Virus record (IMG/VR): IMGVR_UViG_3300001199_000001
Location: 165,404 to 229,403 of that record
Length of the DNA stretch: 64,000 bases
Source: a virus
Taxonomy: Duplodnaviria > Heunggongvirae > Uroviricota > Caudoviricetes
Reading direction: 5' to 3' (one strand)
Part shown: in pieces, positions 28,781 to 38,502 of the stretch
Position numbering within the stretch: position 1 is the first letter of the stretch
Layout: the number at the start of each line of letters is the position of its first letter
The notes under the pieces: generated by a model
What the model was told of the DNA's origin: nothing
Seen by the model: only the letters and a program-made list of their open reading frames with translations
The model's database searches: none
Position numbers and translations under genes: made by a program

Positions 28781-29221
28781 ATGAAGGGCGGGACCACCGG
28801 GACCCAAGAAGGCGCGACCCGTCTCCAGCTTCAACGGCTGGACGGTTATCTTAGCTCGGGTCTTTTCACCGAATGGCACCACGGTGATTGCATCGGCGCC
28901 GATGAGGAAACTGATGGGATCGCGGAAAAGTACGGTATCCGGCGTGTTGCACATCCGCCGACCAACAGCAGCAAGCGCGCCTTTTGTAAGGCTGAACTTA
29001 TCCTTCCACCGCGTCCTTATCTTGACCGTAACGAAGACATTGTCGACGCAGTCGACATCATGTTCGGACTGCCGAAGGGTATGGCTGAGGAAATCCGTTC
29101 CGGGACGTGGGCGACGATCCGCTACGCCAAGAAGTGGCGCAAGCAGTTAGTCATTCTCTGGCCCGACGGTACGGAGACTCGCTTGTTTATAGACAAGGGC
29201 GTTGTGGAGCTTGAGTCATGA
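28781..29221 (+). CDS. SLOG superfamily (DprA/YspA-like) protein
   Basis: HHGDCIGAD, YLDRNEDIVD, SGTWATIRYA. Confidence 0.78.
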   Translation: MKGGTTGTQEGATRLQLQRLDGYLSSGLFTEWHHGDCIGADEETDGIAEKYGIRRVAHPPTNSSKRAFCKAELILPPRPYLDRNEDIVDAVDIMFGLPKGMAEEIRSGTWATIRYAKKWRKQLVILWPDGTETRLFIDKGVVELES

Positions 29222-29505
29222 TCCGCGTCGTTCATTGCCGCCGTGAGCCTTACGACCTTTACATAGGTCGGGCTAATCCCTCGATTGGCGAGTACGAGGA
29301 TAGTGAATGGGCGAATAAATTCATTGTCGGCGTGCATGGAACGCGCGCCGAAGTGATTGAGAAATATGAAGCCTATCTCACCACTCAGCCTGATCTGATG
29401 GCTAAGCTGCATACGCTTGAAGGGCTGGTCCTGGGATGTTGGTGTAAGCCGAAGGCCTGCCATGGCGATGTCATTAAGAAGTTCGTCGAGTCCCTGAATG
29501 CCTAA
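29218..29505 (+). CDS. DUF4326 protein
   Basis: YIGR...WAN.F...LGCWCKPKACHGDVI. Confidence 0.88.
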   Translation: MIRVVHCRREPYDLYIGRANPSIGEYEDSEWANKFIVGVHGTRAEVIEKYEAYLTTQPDLMAKLHTLEGLVLGCWCKPKACHGDVIKKFVESLNA

Positions 29506-30208
29506 GCTTCTTATTTTCACCGGAGCCGGTATCTCCGCCGAAAGTGGCCTGTCCACCTTTCGGGGTGATGATGGACTGTGGGAGGGGCATGAGATTGACC
29601 GGGTCTGTAATTATCGCACGTGGAAGCAGAATTTCGATGAGGTTCACGGCTTCTACAACATGCTTCGAGGCAAGCTGGAACACGCGCAGCCGAACTCGGC
29701 GCACTTCAAGGTCGCTGAATGGCAGCGGCACTACGAGACGATCCTGCTAACCCAGAACTGCGACGATCTTTTAGAGCGAGCCGGGTGCACCAATGTCGTG
29801 CACCTACATGGCGACCTCTGTTCCGTTCGTTGCGAGGCATGTGGAGCCGTCAGTCAAATAGGCTATCGCGAGTGGTCGCCTGAGGATCGTTGTCCCTGCT
29901 GCAATTCCCTTAAGGGGGTGAAGCCGAACGTAGTGTTCTTCAACGAACAGGCTCCGCTTTACGCCGACTTGCATAAGCACCTCCGCAATTTGGAGGAGCA
30001 TGATCTCGTCGTTGTGATCGGCACGAGCAGCCAAGTCGTGCCGATTGGTCTCTATCTTGAACGGCGTCCGGGATTCAAAATCCTCAACAACCTCGAACCG
30101 TCCTCGGACCCTGAAATTCAGCAGATTGACGAGATCGCCTACAACGTTCGGTACTATAAGCCTGCGACCCAGGCCGTAGATGAAATCGATGAGCTTCTAA
30201 GGGGTTGA
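29498..30208 (+). CDS. Sir2/CobB family NAD-dependent deacylase
   Basis: TGAGISAESGLSTFR, TQNCDDL, HLHG, CxxC..CxxC, KPNVVFF, IGTS. Confidence 0.93.
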   Translation: MPKLLIFTGAGISAESGLSTFRGDDGLWEGHEIDRVCNYRTWKQNFDEVHGFYNMLRGKLEHAQPNSAHFKVAEWQRHYETILLTQNCDDLLERAGCTNVVHLHGDLCSVRCEACGAVSQIGYREWSPEDRCPCCNSLKGVKPNVVFFNEQAPLYADLHKHLRNLEEHDLVVVIGTSSQVVPIGLYLERRPGFKILNNLEPSSDPEIQQIDEIAYNVRYYKPATQAVDEIDELLRG

Positions 30209-30209
30209 C

Positions 30210-30695
30210 ATGATCGTCTATAATCCGCCCATCTACCCCAACATCGACGGCGGTGAGCCTGCATTGTTTCTAGCGGGGTCCATTGATATGGGATCAGCCG
30301 TAGACTGGCAGAAAGAGGTTATCGACGCCCTCAGCGATCTTAAAGGGACGATCTACAATCCACGTCGCGATGATTGGGACCCCTCGTGGGACCAGGATAT
30401 TTCAAATGAGCCGTTCCGCAAGCAAGTTGAGTGGGAATTGGACCATCTCCAATGGGCCAGTATCATCTGCTTCTACTTTGATCCTAATGGACCGGCTCCC
30501 ATCACGCTCCTCGAACTGGGACTTTCCGCCAAGGCTTCTTACTTCGGTACACACGTCGTCGTATGCTGTCCTAAGGGGTACTGGCGCAGGGGTAATGTCG
30601 CCATAGTTTGTCAGCGCCACGGCATCGATTTTGTCGAGACTCTTGATGAGATGATCGCTAACATTCGAGGCTATGTCCTTGATGTGTGGCCATGA
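30210..30695 (+). CDS. nucleoside 2-deoxyribosyltransferase-like protein
   Basis: LFLAGSI...DWQ, NPRR, QVEWE, PITLLELG, CCPKGYWR.GNV. Confidence 0.85.
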   Translation: MIVYNPPIYPNIDGGEPALFLAGSIDMGSAVDWQKEVIDALSDLKGTIYNPRRDDWDPSWDQDISNEPFRKQVEWELDHLQWASIICFYFDPNGPAPITLLELGLSAKASYFGTHVVVCCPKGYWRRGNVAIVCQRHGIDFVETLDEMIANIRGYVLDVWP

Positions 30696-30892
30696 CTGAC
30701 ACCTTCGTCTGGCGTCTGGTGAAAGACGCCCCTGAATATGAAAATCCCTACGATTTCAGGGATTATCACGTTCTCATACAGGATCGGCCTCATGGCTATC
30801 ATTGGGCTCGCGTCGAGCAGCGCTCCGACCGGCCTTATCTTGAGCCGGAAGAAGGCCCGTCTCCATGGCCTTGAATCCAGTCGGATAGCATG

Positions 30893-31162
30893 TTAATTTT
30901 TGGTCGAAAGATCGATGCTGCGTATCCGGCGCATGATCCTGACGACCTCTCGCCTGTCGACCTCGATAGCGCCGTACTGAAGCGCAAGCTTACGCCGGGT
31001 CAGCGACACGTCGTAGTGCGGAAAGCTTGTCGGTTGAAACCATTCCCTCTTCATGCCGATCTTAGCTGCCATAGCGTGAAGCTCGTCGAGCGTGTCAGCC
31101 AACATATGACACATGACCATTCGGCCTAGCGGGTTGCGGGCCTGATCGACGTAGACGGCCAC
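30893..31162 (-). CDS. DUF4031 protein
   Basis: [22 protein letters not shown]...PHYD. Confidence 0.88.
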   Translation of the reverse strand: MAVYVDQARNPLGRMVMCHMLADTLDELHAMAAKIGMKREWFQPTSFPHYDVSLTRRKLALQYGAIEVDRREVVRIMRRIRSIDLSTKN

Positions 31163-31416
31163 TATTCGACCCAGGTCGCTGACGAAAGCCGCCCCGCCCC
31201 GATAACACCTAGATAGGATACGGTGATGGAGTGGATCGGCGCATCGATCTCTCTGCGCCAGTACGAGAGGAAGCGTTTGATCTTCGGAAAGCCGGGCGGG
31301 ATGTCGTCGGCCTGCCAGAGGAATTCCTGAAGCAGTGACGGATGATCGGGTAGCCGATAGATCAGTTGCAAGGTTGTAAGGCGAGCGCCTTCGCGAAACT
31401 GAGAAGCGAAACGCAT
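31162..31416 (-). CDS. usg: Usg family protein
   Basis: [24 protein letters not shown]...FL.YW...I...IHSI; start moved to ATG 31416. Confidence 0.82.
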   Translation of the reverse strand: MRFASQFREGARLTTLQLIYRLPDHPSLLQEFLWQADDIPPGFPKIKRFLSYWRREIDAPIHSITVSYLGVIGAGRLSSATWVE

Positions 31417-31474
31417 GCTACACCTTCGTACAATTGACCAGAAGGTCAACAGCTTACAACACAACTCCGATTTG

Positions 31475-32500
31475 TCAAGAATTAGACGGTCGTTGGAAAA
31501 TGCCGCGCGAAAGCTGCGCCGCGTCTAGTTCAAGCACCTCGCCCATGGCGTAATAGAACGACAAGGGTGCTAATTCGTGCGTATCCCAATCTCCGTTGAT
31601 GAACAGGTCGATCAGGCGTTCAGGCAGCCCTGCCTCGAACATGGTTTTGACGTTGTCGCGAGCGTTGATGATATCGGTATCGCTCTTCCCAACCTTTCTT
31701 AGGCTCCGAGCCTCCACGCCATCTTCGAGGTCATAGGGTGTTTCAACGATCTCGCTGAGGAGTTCGAAATATCGAGTCTTGGCGCGCTTGAACCGGCGGA
31801 CGAATTCTTCCATGGCTTCAGTCATGATCGGACTTAACGCGATCTCTGCGGGAGAAATTTTACGCCAGTGGAGCGCGTAATAATACGCCGTGCCGATCCT
31901 ACCGAAGAGGTCTTCAAGCTCGGCCTCGATATCCGGTAGAAACCCCCAGGTGGCGGTAAAATTCAAGGCCATGTTGCGCCCTGTTAGAGGGAGCGCCGCT
32001 AGTCTGTCTCCTCTCAGGTGATAGGTAGTCGTATTTTGCAAGACAATCTTGTCGATATCTTCAGATAGCGACAGGACGCGTTTGATGCTCCGTAACGCGT
32101 CAGTGTCTTGAGTCTTGTCGATCCCAAAATGCTTCAGGATGCTGGAGAGACTCGAAAAGCCGCCTACCTCTTCTAGGAAGATCAAAATCTGGCGCTCGAC
32201 GGTATCCGTATATTTGACCCGCTTTGCATTCCCAGTGCCGAGCGTATAGACCCCCCGCGAACGTTTATGGATGGAGCCTCGTCGCTCTAGGTTGAGGAGG
32301 GTGTTGGCTATAAGCTTACGATTTTCCGGGAGGCTCCAATTATCGTCCCCCCAATGGTCTATGATGAACTGCGCATCAGCACCGTCGTCTTCGGCGGCAG
32401 CAACGGCATCGATCAGTTTCTGTCGAAACTGTTCTTGCGTGCAGGAAACCCCTTTGATCACTTTAGCGACCACCGGGCGAGCTTTACGTTGTGCGGTCAT
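31475..32500 (-). CDS. hypothetical protein with possible winged-helix domains
   Basis: 341 aa; L.RRG.I....RGVY. Confidence 0.65.
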   Translation of the reverse strand: MTAQRKARPVVAKVIKGVSCTQEQFRQKLIDAVAAAEDDGADAQFIIDHWGDDNWSLPENRKLIANTLLNLERRGSIHKRSRGVYTLGTGNAKRVKYTDTVERQILIFLEEVGGFSSLSSILKHFGIDKTQDTDALRSIKRVLSLSEDIDKIVLQNTTTYHLRGDRLAALPLTGRNMALNFTATWGFLPDIEAELEDLFGRIGTAYYYALHWRKISPAEIALSPIMTEAMEEFVRRFKRAKTRYFELLSEIVETPYDLEDGVEARSLRKVGKSDTDIINARDNVKTMFEAGLPERLIDLFINGDWDTHELAPLSFYYAMGEVLELDAAQLSRGIFQRPSNS

Positions 32501-33354
32501 GCGATTCCCAGGGCGTTCAAGAGGAGGGCTTCAGCTTCAGTCGCGAAGGTTTTATCGAGCGGCATCCGGTCCATACCTTCGCTTTTAACCCACGCCATTT
32601 GAGTCTCGATGAATTCGTCCATCACAGCAATGCGCTCGCCGAAACCGATCTCCCCCACCGACATCTTCCGGCGCAGTAGTTTGTCGACCTCGGCACGCAG
32701 ATCAGCCGGGATGATGTCCTGACTAAGGAGATGCGGCATGGTCATCGGCGGGACCTCGTTGAATTCCCTGATCCAGCTAATCGCAATCGATCCCCGCAGC
32801 GCGTAGAGATACTTCTTCAAATTGACATTCGTCAGGCCTTTAACGACCATGCCGGACTGCCGGTAGTTCTCCATTTCCACCGCCGTCGGGCGATTGCCGA
32901 TTTCTCCAGCGTAGCACTTCTGGGTCAGACCGAAGTAGTGACGTGCAGAAGCTTGCGGCGTTGCATGTCTCTTGATCAGCGTCCGCAGTTTGGCGGCGAA
33001 GGGGCCTGACTCACGATAGATCAACGGGCTCGACAGCCACTCAGCCACGGTCGCGTTGCCTTTGACCAGTAGCTTGATCGCCTTACGCAGGTCCCAGCCG
33101 TTGACATCCCATAGGCCGTCGATGGGGCGCTCGATCACATCGCGAGGATCGTCAATGCCAAGATAGGTCGGCAGCGGGCGCACATAGAAGAACCGCACGT
33201 CATAGTCGGAATCAGGCGACGGGAAGCCCCACGCCCGCGAACCGCTTTCGACAGCAAACAGGATGGTGACTTCCTCACGCGCCTCGATCTGGCCAAGCCG
33301 GATATTGGCCTCGCCGTAGATATCAAGCGGGATGGTCGGTGCTGTGAAGCTCAT
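32497..33354 (-). CDS. Pol-beta superfamily nucleotidyltransferase (YcgL/RlaP-like)
   Basis: ESGSRAWGFPSPDSDYDVRF, GWDLRKA, EWLSSP, KKYLYALR; start moved to ATG 33354. Confidence 0.88.
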   Translation of the reverse strand: MSFTAPTIPLDIYGEANIRLGQIEAREEVTILFAVESGSRAWGFPSPDSDYDVRFFYVRPLPTYLGIDDPRDVIERPIDGLWDVNGWDLRKAIKLLVKGNATVAEWLSSPLIYRESGPFAAKLRTLIKRHATPQASARHYFGLTQKCYAGEIGNRPTAVEMENYRQSGMVVKGLTNVNLKKYLYALRGSIAISWIREFNEVPPMTMPHLLSQDIIPADLRAEVDKLLRRKMSVGEIGFGERIAVMDEFIETQMAWVKSEGMDRMPLDKTFATEAEALLLNALGIA

Positions 33355-34139
33355 CAGACAAGGTCCCCGAAAATAAAACCCGGTGTGCGCACCAGCCAAT
33401 TATCATCACGCCCGGTGTGAAAGGTTTTCATCTCGTTACGAGTGATGATTGCGTCTTCTGGCGGCTGCTTAGACGCAGGAATTCGCAGGCGCTCATCAGC
33501 AGATAGTCGTCGTTTGACGGCCTCCTTACGGACCCAAGTGCCGCGCCGAAAAGCGTCGGGGTAGGCCTCGAAATCCACGTCCTTTTGAGCAAGCATATCG
33601 ATCATCGTCGGGACGTTTTTCTGATGCATTTCCTTAGCCGAGTGATGATGACGGCAAGCCATGCTGACGGCATTACGCTCAGCGTCGAGTACGCGCCAAA
33701 AGAACATGTTGGCGACTTCATACGGTTTAGGCAGTTGAAGAACACGCGCGTCAAAGGTCGGATAGCGGTCTTCAAATGGCTCCCAACCCCGGATGGCGCG
33801 GGTGAACGCAGCGGTCGCCATCGCCGCTAGGACGCTGGTCATCTTGGTGATCTTGCCGTCGAAGAAGATCGAGTCGGTGTAATCCTTCGCTAGCCACGTC
33901 AAGCTGATTTCGTCGGACTGGGTATAGCCGATGACGGCGTGGGTTTTATCGACAAGATATTTGGTAGTCTCGACCATGGCGGCCGACATCCGCGCATCGA
34001 AAGGCTTGTCCATGCCTTTCGTCAGCCGCGAGAAGCCCTTGCCGTCGATGCGAGCATAAACTGGCAGCATCGGCAGGAACAACCTGCCGGTTTCCTGCCG
34101 TTCATAAGCCTTCATGCGGTCGCCGAGATCATCCCTCAT
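33354..34139 (-). CDS. Thg1-like tRNA(His) guanylyltransferase / 3'-5' polymerase
   Basis: RMKAYE, RIDGKGFS, GYTQSDEIS, FDARV, WR..DA.RN. Confidence 0.93.
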   Translation of the reverse strand: MRDDLGDRMKAYERQETGRLFLPMLPVYARIDGKGFSRLTKGMDKPFDARMSAAMVETTKYLVDKTHAVIGYTQSDEISLTWLAKDYTDSIFFDGKITKMTSVLAAMATAAFTRAIRGWEPFEDRYPTFDARVLQLPKPYEVANMFFWRVLDAERNAVSMACRHHHSAKEMHQKNVPTMIDMLAQKDVDFEAYPDAFRRGTWVRKEAVKRRLSADERLRIPASKQPPEDAIITRNEMKTFHTGRDDNWLVRTPGFIFGDLV

Positions 34140-34314
34140 CTGCCCATTTTAAAAGGCGGCGTGTCACAAGTCAACACATGAGTGTTTGTCAAGCGAACAA
34201 TTCCTTAATCCCGCCACAAATCAGTGAGATGGTCTAGGCTCGGCGCGAAGGGGCGGGCGATTGGGGCGAGTCACTTTAAGTGTACTCGCCCCACTTTCAG
34301 TGGGAGTATCCATT

Positions 34315-37191
34315 TTGCCTTATTTTAAGTTCAACGGCACCACTGCGCCAGAAAGTGCGGCCGGAGCCAATATTTACAACATCACGACAGCCGTTAACGG
34401 TACAAACAGCGCAGAAAGCTTCTGGCTGAATGGTGGCGGATCGGCGGCCGGAGGCGGGGGCGATGATACCTATTACTTCCAAGGAGGCACGGGCGTCCTC
34501 GAACTAGCTGGCGGGGGTGTGGACACCATTTCCGCGTGGCAAAAAATCGATCTTTCGAAATATGCCTTCGTCGAGAACGGGTCTACGAACGAATGGATTC
34601 TTGGTAACGATCTGGATAACATCGTAAGCGGAGCCCAAGTCTACGGCGGTAAGGGTCAAGACGTGCTGGTCGGTAATTCCGGCAAGACGGTATTTATCGT
34701 TCACGCTGGCGAAGGTAACGACGCCATTTACAATTTCAACACGGCCGAAGATGTCGTCAGAATCAAATCCACAATCACGGATATTAGTCAGCTTACCCTA
34801 ACACAACAGGGCTCTGACACCGTTGTCGGTTTTGGATCGGACGCCTTCGTCCTCCGTGGCGTCACCGCCTCATCCCTCACCGCAGCAAACTTCAACCTTG
34901 CATTGGACTATAACAAGCTCGGGGCTTTGACGCTTAGCGAAGAGTTCAACACACTTAACCTCTGGAATCCGGACACGGATACCGGTCTGTGGAGCAAGAG
35001 TTTCGGCTATAGCGACAATGGCATTGAGTCGTTGATCGGTAACGGCGAGAAGCAAAATTACAACCGGGACGCGGATAACCTTACCCTAAACAGCGACGGC
35101 ACTTTAAGCCTGATCGCTCACAAGACGACCGACCCATTCTCACTCGCAAATGGTTATGAATACACCTCGGGTATGATCAGCAGCCGCGATTATGCGCCTT
35201 GGGTTGAGGGTAAACCGACCGGGTCGCCACAGTTTGTCCAGCAATACGGCTATTTTGAAATGCGGGCAGAAGTGCCGGTAGAAGCAGGAACATGGCCTGC
35301 CTTCTGGTTGATGCCTGCCGATTGGACTTGGCCGCCTGAACTGGACATCATGGAGATGGTTGGTTCTGATCCGGGAACGGTTCACACCAGCCAGCATACG
35401 AATGAAACCGGCGGTCATACAGGTGTCGGATTCGGGAATGCCATCCCTGGGATTGCTGCCGGTTTCCATACCTTCGGCGTGATGTGGACCGCCGAGACCT
35501 TGACCTTCTATGTCGATAGCATCGAGGTCTTTAAGACCCGTACGCCGGACGACATGCATAAACCTATGGGTATTATCGCCAACCTCGCCTTAGGCGGTGG
35601 TTGGGCTGGACCGGTTGATCTAGGCGCCGACGGCAAAGCGGAAATGAAGATCGACTATATCCGCGCTTACGCCCTGAAGGACGATACGAACCCGCCACCG
35701 CCGGTCGAGACGACCATCAGCCTCGGTACGGGTCAGACCGTCACGGAAGGCGATAGCGGTGATAAGATCATGACCTTTACCGTCTCTCGCTCTGGCGACC
35801 TCACGCACGCCTCCACGGTCAACTACGCTGTGACGGCGGGAACGGCGACAGTGGGTGACTACACGGCTTCACCCTCAGGCACGCTTTCCTTTGCCATTGG
35901 CGAGGCGTCGAAGACCATTCAGGTCACGGTCAAAGGTGACACCGTGGTCGAATCCGACGAGTCCTTCACGGTGAATCTTTCAGGCCCGACGGGCGGTAAG
36001 TTGGGTACGGCCAGTGCGACCGGAGTCATTTTAAATGATGACTCTGCTGCACCTCCTCCTCCCCCACCGCCACCTCCGCCTCCGGGTGATACGGTCATCA
36101 GCTTCGCTGCGGACCAAAGCATCACCGAAGGTGATAGCGGCGAGAAAGTCGTCACCGTTACGGTCAATCGGACGGGTGATTTGTCGGTCTACTCCATCGT
36201 CGATACATGGACAGACATCGGATGGAGCGGAGCTTCAGCAGACGACGTTGTTGGCTCGCCGGGAGGATCGGTCTATTTCCACGCCGGGGAAAGCACCAAG
36301 ACGCTCGATATTCGCATCAAGGGCGACACGGTGGTTGAAGGCGACGAAACCTTCCACATCTATATGAGCAATCCTCGTGATGCTGTGATCGGCGATGACC
36401 GGATGGCTATCACCATCCTAAACGACGACAGCGTTGCGCCCCCGCCACCGCCTCCTCCCGCTCCCGTGATTAATCTCGGTGGCGAACAGACGGTGACCGA
36501 AGGCAACAGCGGCTCGAAGATGATGACCTTCACGGCAACCCGTACGGGTGATCTGACAGGCGTGTCGTCGGTTAACTATTGGGCTCAGTTGGGTGCTTTG
36601 GTGACCAGCGATGACTTCGTAGGAGCACCGTCAGGAACCGTGTCGTTCGCGGCGGGTGAAGCTTCTAAGACGTTCCAGATCGCCGTCAAGGGGGATACGG
36701 TCGTTGAAGCTGACGAGACTTTCAATGTCTTCCTTGATACCGTTAATGGAGCCGTTCTCGGAACCGCAGCCTCAAAGGGTCACATCCTGAATGACGATGT
36801 GGCCGCGCCGCCTCCTCCCCCGCCGACTCCCGTTACCTTGATAGGCACTAAGGGGGCAAACACCCTCGTTGGCAAGGATGGTAACGATAACCTTTATGGC
36901 CTGGGCGGTAACGATAAGCTCGAAGGTGGCAAGGGTGATGACGTTCTGACCGGCGGTGCTGGTGATGACACCTTCATCTTCCGTCAGGGTTTTGGTGACG
37001 ACACCATCGTTGACTTCTATGCGGGTGGAAAGACAGATGAACTTCAGTTCATCGGCTTCGGCTCCACACGACCGACTTCCACGGTTCAGATGGGCGACAA
37101 CGTCCTGATTTCATTCGCCTCGGGGGACAGCATCACACTGCTGGACACCTACCTCGGCGATCTGAGGACCAGCGACTGGATTTGGGGTTAA
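34315..37191 (+). CDS. secreted GH16 beta-glycanase with RTX repeats and three Calx-beta domains (ExsH-like)
   Basis: GH16 WPAFWLMP...PPELDIME; GGxGxD repeats at both ends; three TEGDSG...GDTVVE.DE.F...I.NDD repeats separated by poly-Pro linkers; start moved to TTG 34315 (GGGAG SD). Confidence 0.88.
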   Translation: MPYFKFNGTTAPESAAGANIYNITTAVNGTNSAESFWLNGGGSAAGGGGDDTYYFQGGTGVLELAGGGVDTISAWQKIDLSKYAFVENGSTNEWILGNDLDNIVSGAQVYGGKGQDVLVGNSGKTVFIVHAGEGNDAIYNFNTAEDVVRIKSTITDISQLTLTQQGSDTVVGFGSDAFVLRGVTASSLTAANFNLALDYNKLGALTLSEEFNTLNLWNPDTDTGLWSKSFGYSDNGIESLIGNGEKQNYNRDADNLTLNSDGTLSLIAHKTTDPFSLANGYEYTSGMISSRDYAPWVEGKPTGSPQFVQQYGYFEMRAEVPVEAGTWPAFWLMPADWTWPPELDIMEMVGSDPGTVHTSQHTNETGGHTGVGFGNAIPGIAAGFHTFGVMWTAETLTFYVDSIEVFKTRTPDDMHKPMGIIANLALGGGWAGPVDLGADGKAEMKIDYIRAYALKDDTNPPPPVETTISLGTGQTVTEGDSGDKIMTFTVSRSGDLTHASTVNYAVTAGTATVGDYTASPSGTLSFAIGEASKTIQVTVKGDTVVESDESFTVNLSGPTGGKLGTASATGVILNDDSAAPPPPPPPPPPPGDTVISFAADQSITEGDSGEKVVTVTVNRTGDLSVYSIVDTWTDIGWSGASADDVVGSPGGSVYFHAGESTKTLDIRIKGDTVVEGDETFHIYMSNPRDAVIGDDRMAITILNDDSVAPPPPPPPAPVINLGGEQTVTEGNSGSKMMTFTATRTGDLTGVSSVNYWAQLGALVTSDDFVGAPSGTVSFAAGEASKTFQIAVKGDTVVEADETFNVFLDTVNGAVLGTAASKGHILNDDVAAPPPPPPTPVTLIGTKGANTLVGKDGNDNLYGLGGNDKLEGGKGDDVLTGGAGDDTFIFRQGFGDDTIVDFYAGGKTDELQFIGFGSTRPTSTVQMGDNVLISFASGDSITLLDTYLGDLRTSDWIWG

Positions 37192-37309
37192 AAGGGTCAT
37201 TCGTCCGCCTCGCTATCATCGCGTAAAAGCGCTTTAGCAGCACTCCAAAGGCAGAACAGTGCTAAGCCCGCGAACGCCAAGGCTTGCGGTAGAAGTACTA
37301 TGCTTACTT

Positions 37310-37747
37310 TCATACACGGCTCCCGTCAGGCCTTAAGCGTACCGGCTCTTGTTCCGGATTGCAGGGATGATGTCCCTGTTCGACAAAATATTTGTCGCGC
37401 TTAATCGCCTTTCCGTTTGGCAGGTAGAATGAAAATCGCCGGACGGCAGGCCCGGTTATCAGGAATGTCACAGTTCCAGGCATGACCTGCGTAACCTTGT
37501 GCCGATACTCGGCCCGGCGAAAACGCAGTGATCCCCATCTGAGGGTATCGCGCCCTGCTGGACTTTCGTCGACATAACCACCCCACAGCACAAGGGTCAA
37601 AAACCAGTGCTTATGGTCGTGAAAAGCACGCCTGTCGTCGTCGGCGAACCACCGATGAAATCGGATGGCGAAAGCGCCGAAATCGACCCCCAGCAGGTGG
37701 AAGTAGGGACATTCTGGCAACCCGCCGCGATGATTGAGAAACTTCAT
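37310..37747 (-). CDS. cupin-fold phage protein
   Basis: FH....DD.R.FHDH..WF..LVL.GGY. Confidence 0.7.
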   Translation of the reverse strand: MKFLNHRGGLPECPYFHLLGVDFGAFAIRFHRWFADDDRRAFHDHKHWFLTLVLWGGYVDESPAGRDTLRWGSLRFRRAEYRHKVTQVMPGTVTFLITGPAVRRFSFYLPNGKAIKRDKYFVEQGHHPCNPEQEPVRLRPDGSRV

Positions 37748-38235
37748 AGCTTGATGATCGAGGCGCTGACCGGCTTGCCTTGAAATTCAAAACGATCTTC
37801 GAGTCTGAATCGCTCGCCACCGTACACCGACTGCACGATGTCGGCTTGATCATCATGTAGAAGCGCGACAATCGCCGAGTACTGCTTGAACGCGCAGCGT
37901 GTTTTCGCCTGTTCGACGAATTTGAAACCCAATCCCAACGGCGGGTTCATCAAACAAACTGTGAAAAGCCTCTGGCCTGGAACCATAATAGGATCGCGAA
38001 GGAAGTCCGCGTGCCGGACATCGGCAAAATGCTGCCGCAAGAACGCGCAACGAGATGCATTCAACTCAATGCAGGTAACATCGGCCCCTGCTTCCTTGGC
38101 GAGAAACGCTAGGCTGCCACACCCGGCTCCGGGAACGAGGACCCGGTCGTAGAAGTCAAGTCCGCCCACTAGCCTCACCATCTGGAGCGCTATGTGGAGC
38201 GGCGTAGACGTAGCTTCAAAGACGACCTGTTCCAT
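37744..38235 (-). CDS. SAM-dependent methyltransferase-like protein (N6/N4 type, NPP motif)
   Basis: VLVPGAGCGSL, IELN, ADFL, MNPPL. Confidence 0.7.
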   Translation of the reverse strand: MEQVVFEATSTPLHIALQMVRLVGGLDFYDRVLVPGAGCGSLAFLAKEAGADVTCIELNASRCAFLRQHFADVRHADFLRDPIMVPGQRLFTVCLMNPPLGLGFKFVEQAKTRCAFKQYSAIVALLHDDQADIVQSVYGGERFRLEDRFEFQGKPVSASIIKL

Positions 38236-38249
38236 ATCTTCCTATAAAA

Positions 38250-38493
38250 TGGTCCGAGGGGCGGGATTCGAACCGACGACCTCCGAGTCTTCATCCAGCA
38301 ACTTCAGGTATGTCTCATAGCGTTCTTATCCGTTCACAAGGTAGCGACCCTTGCTACTAGGTCCGGATATCTACGAGTTTTCGAGCCTCAAATCACCACA
38401 GTCAGGCTGAAGTGGGCCTAACCGTTACGTAATCCTACTCTCTTCCGTCTGTTTACGCTGGCCTCGGCGCTCTACCAACTGAGCTACCCCCGG
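38250..38493 (-). tRNA. tRNA-Phe(GAA)-like gene interrupted by a 168-nt insertion in the anticodon loop
   Basis: CCGGGGG/CCCTCGG-A-CCA acceptor, GCTC/GAGC D arm, CCGAG/CTCGG anticodon stem, TTCGAAT T loop; removing 38295-38462 gives 76 nt with loop ATGAAGA. Confidence 0.8.
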
Positions 38494-38502
38494 CTGATTG
38501 TT

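Noticed and set aside
36047-36830. CCN-rich repeats
   Set aside because: They encode poly-proline linkers between Calx-beta domains, not a DNA repeat element
38250-38493. tmRNA
   Set aside because: Has a full D stem, no Ala-type G3-U70 acceptor, and no convincing tag ORF ending in AA-stop; not formally excluded without a covariance search
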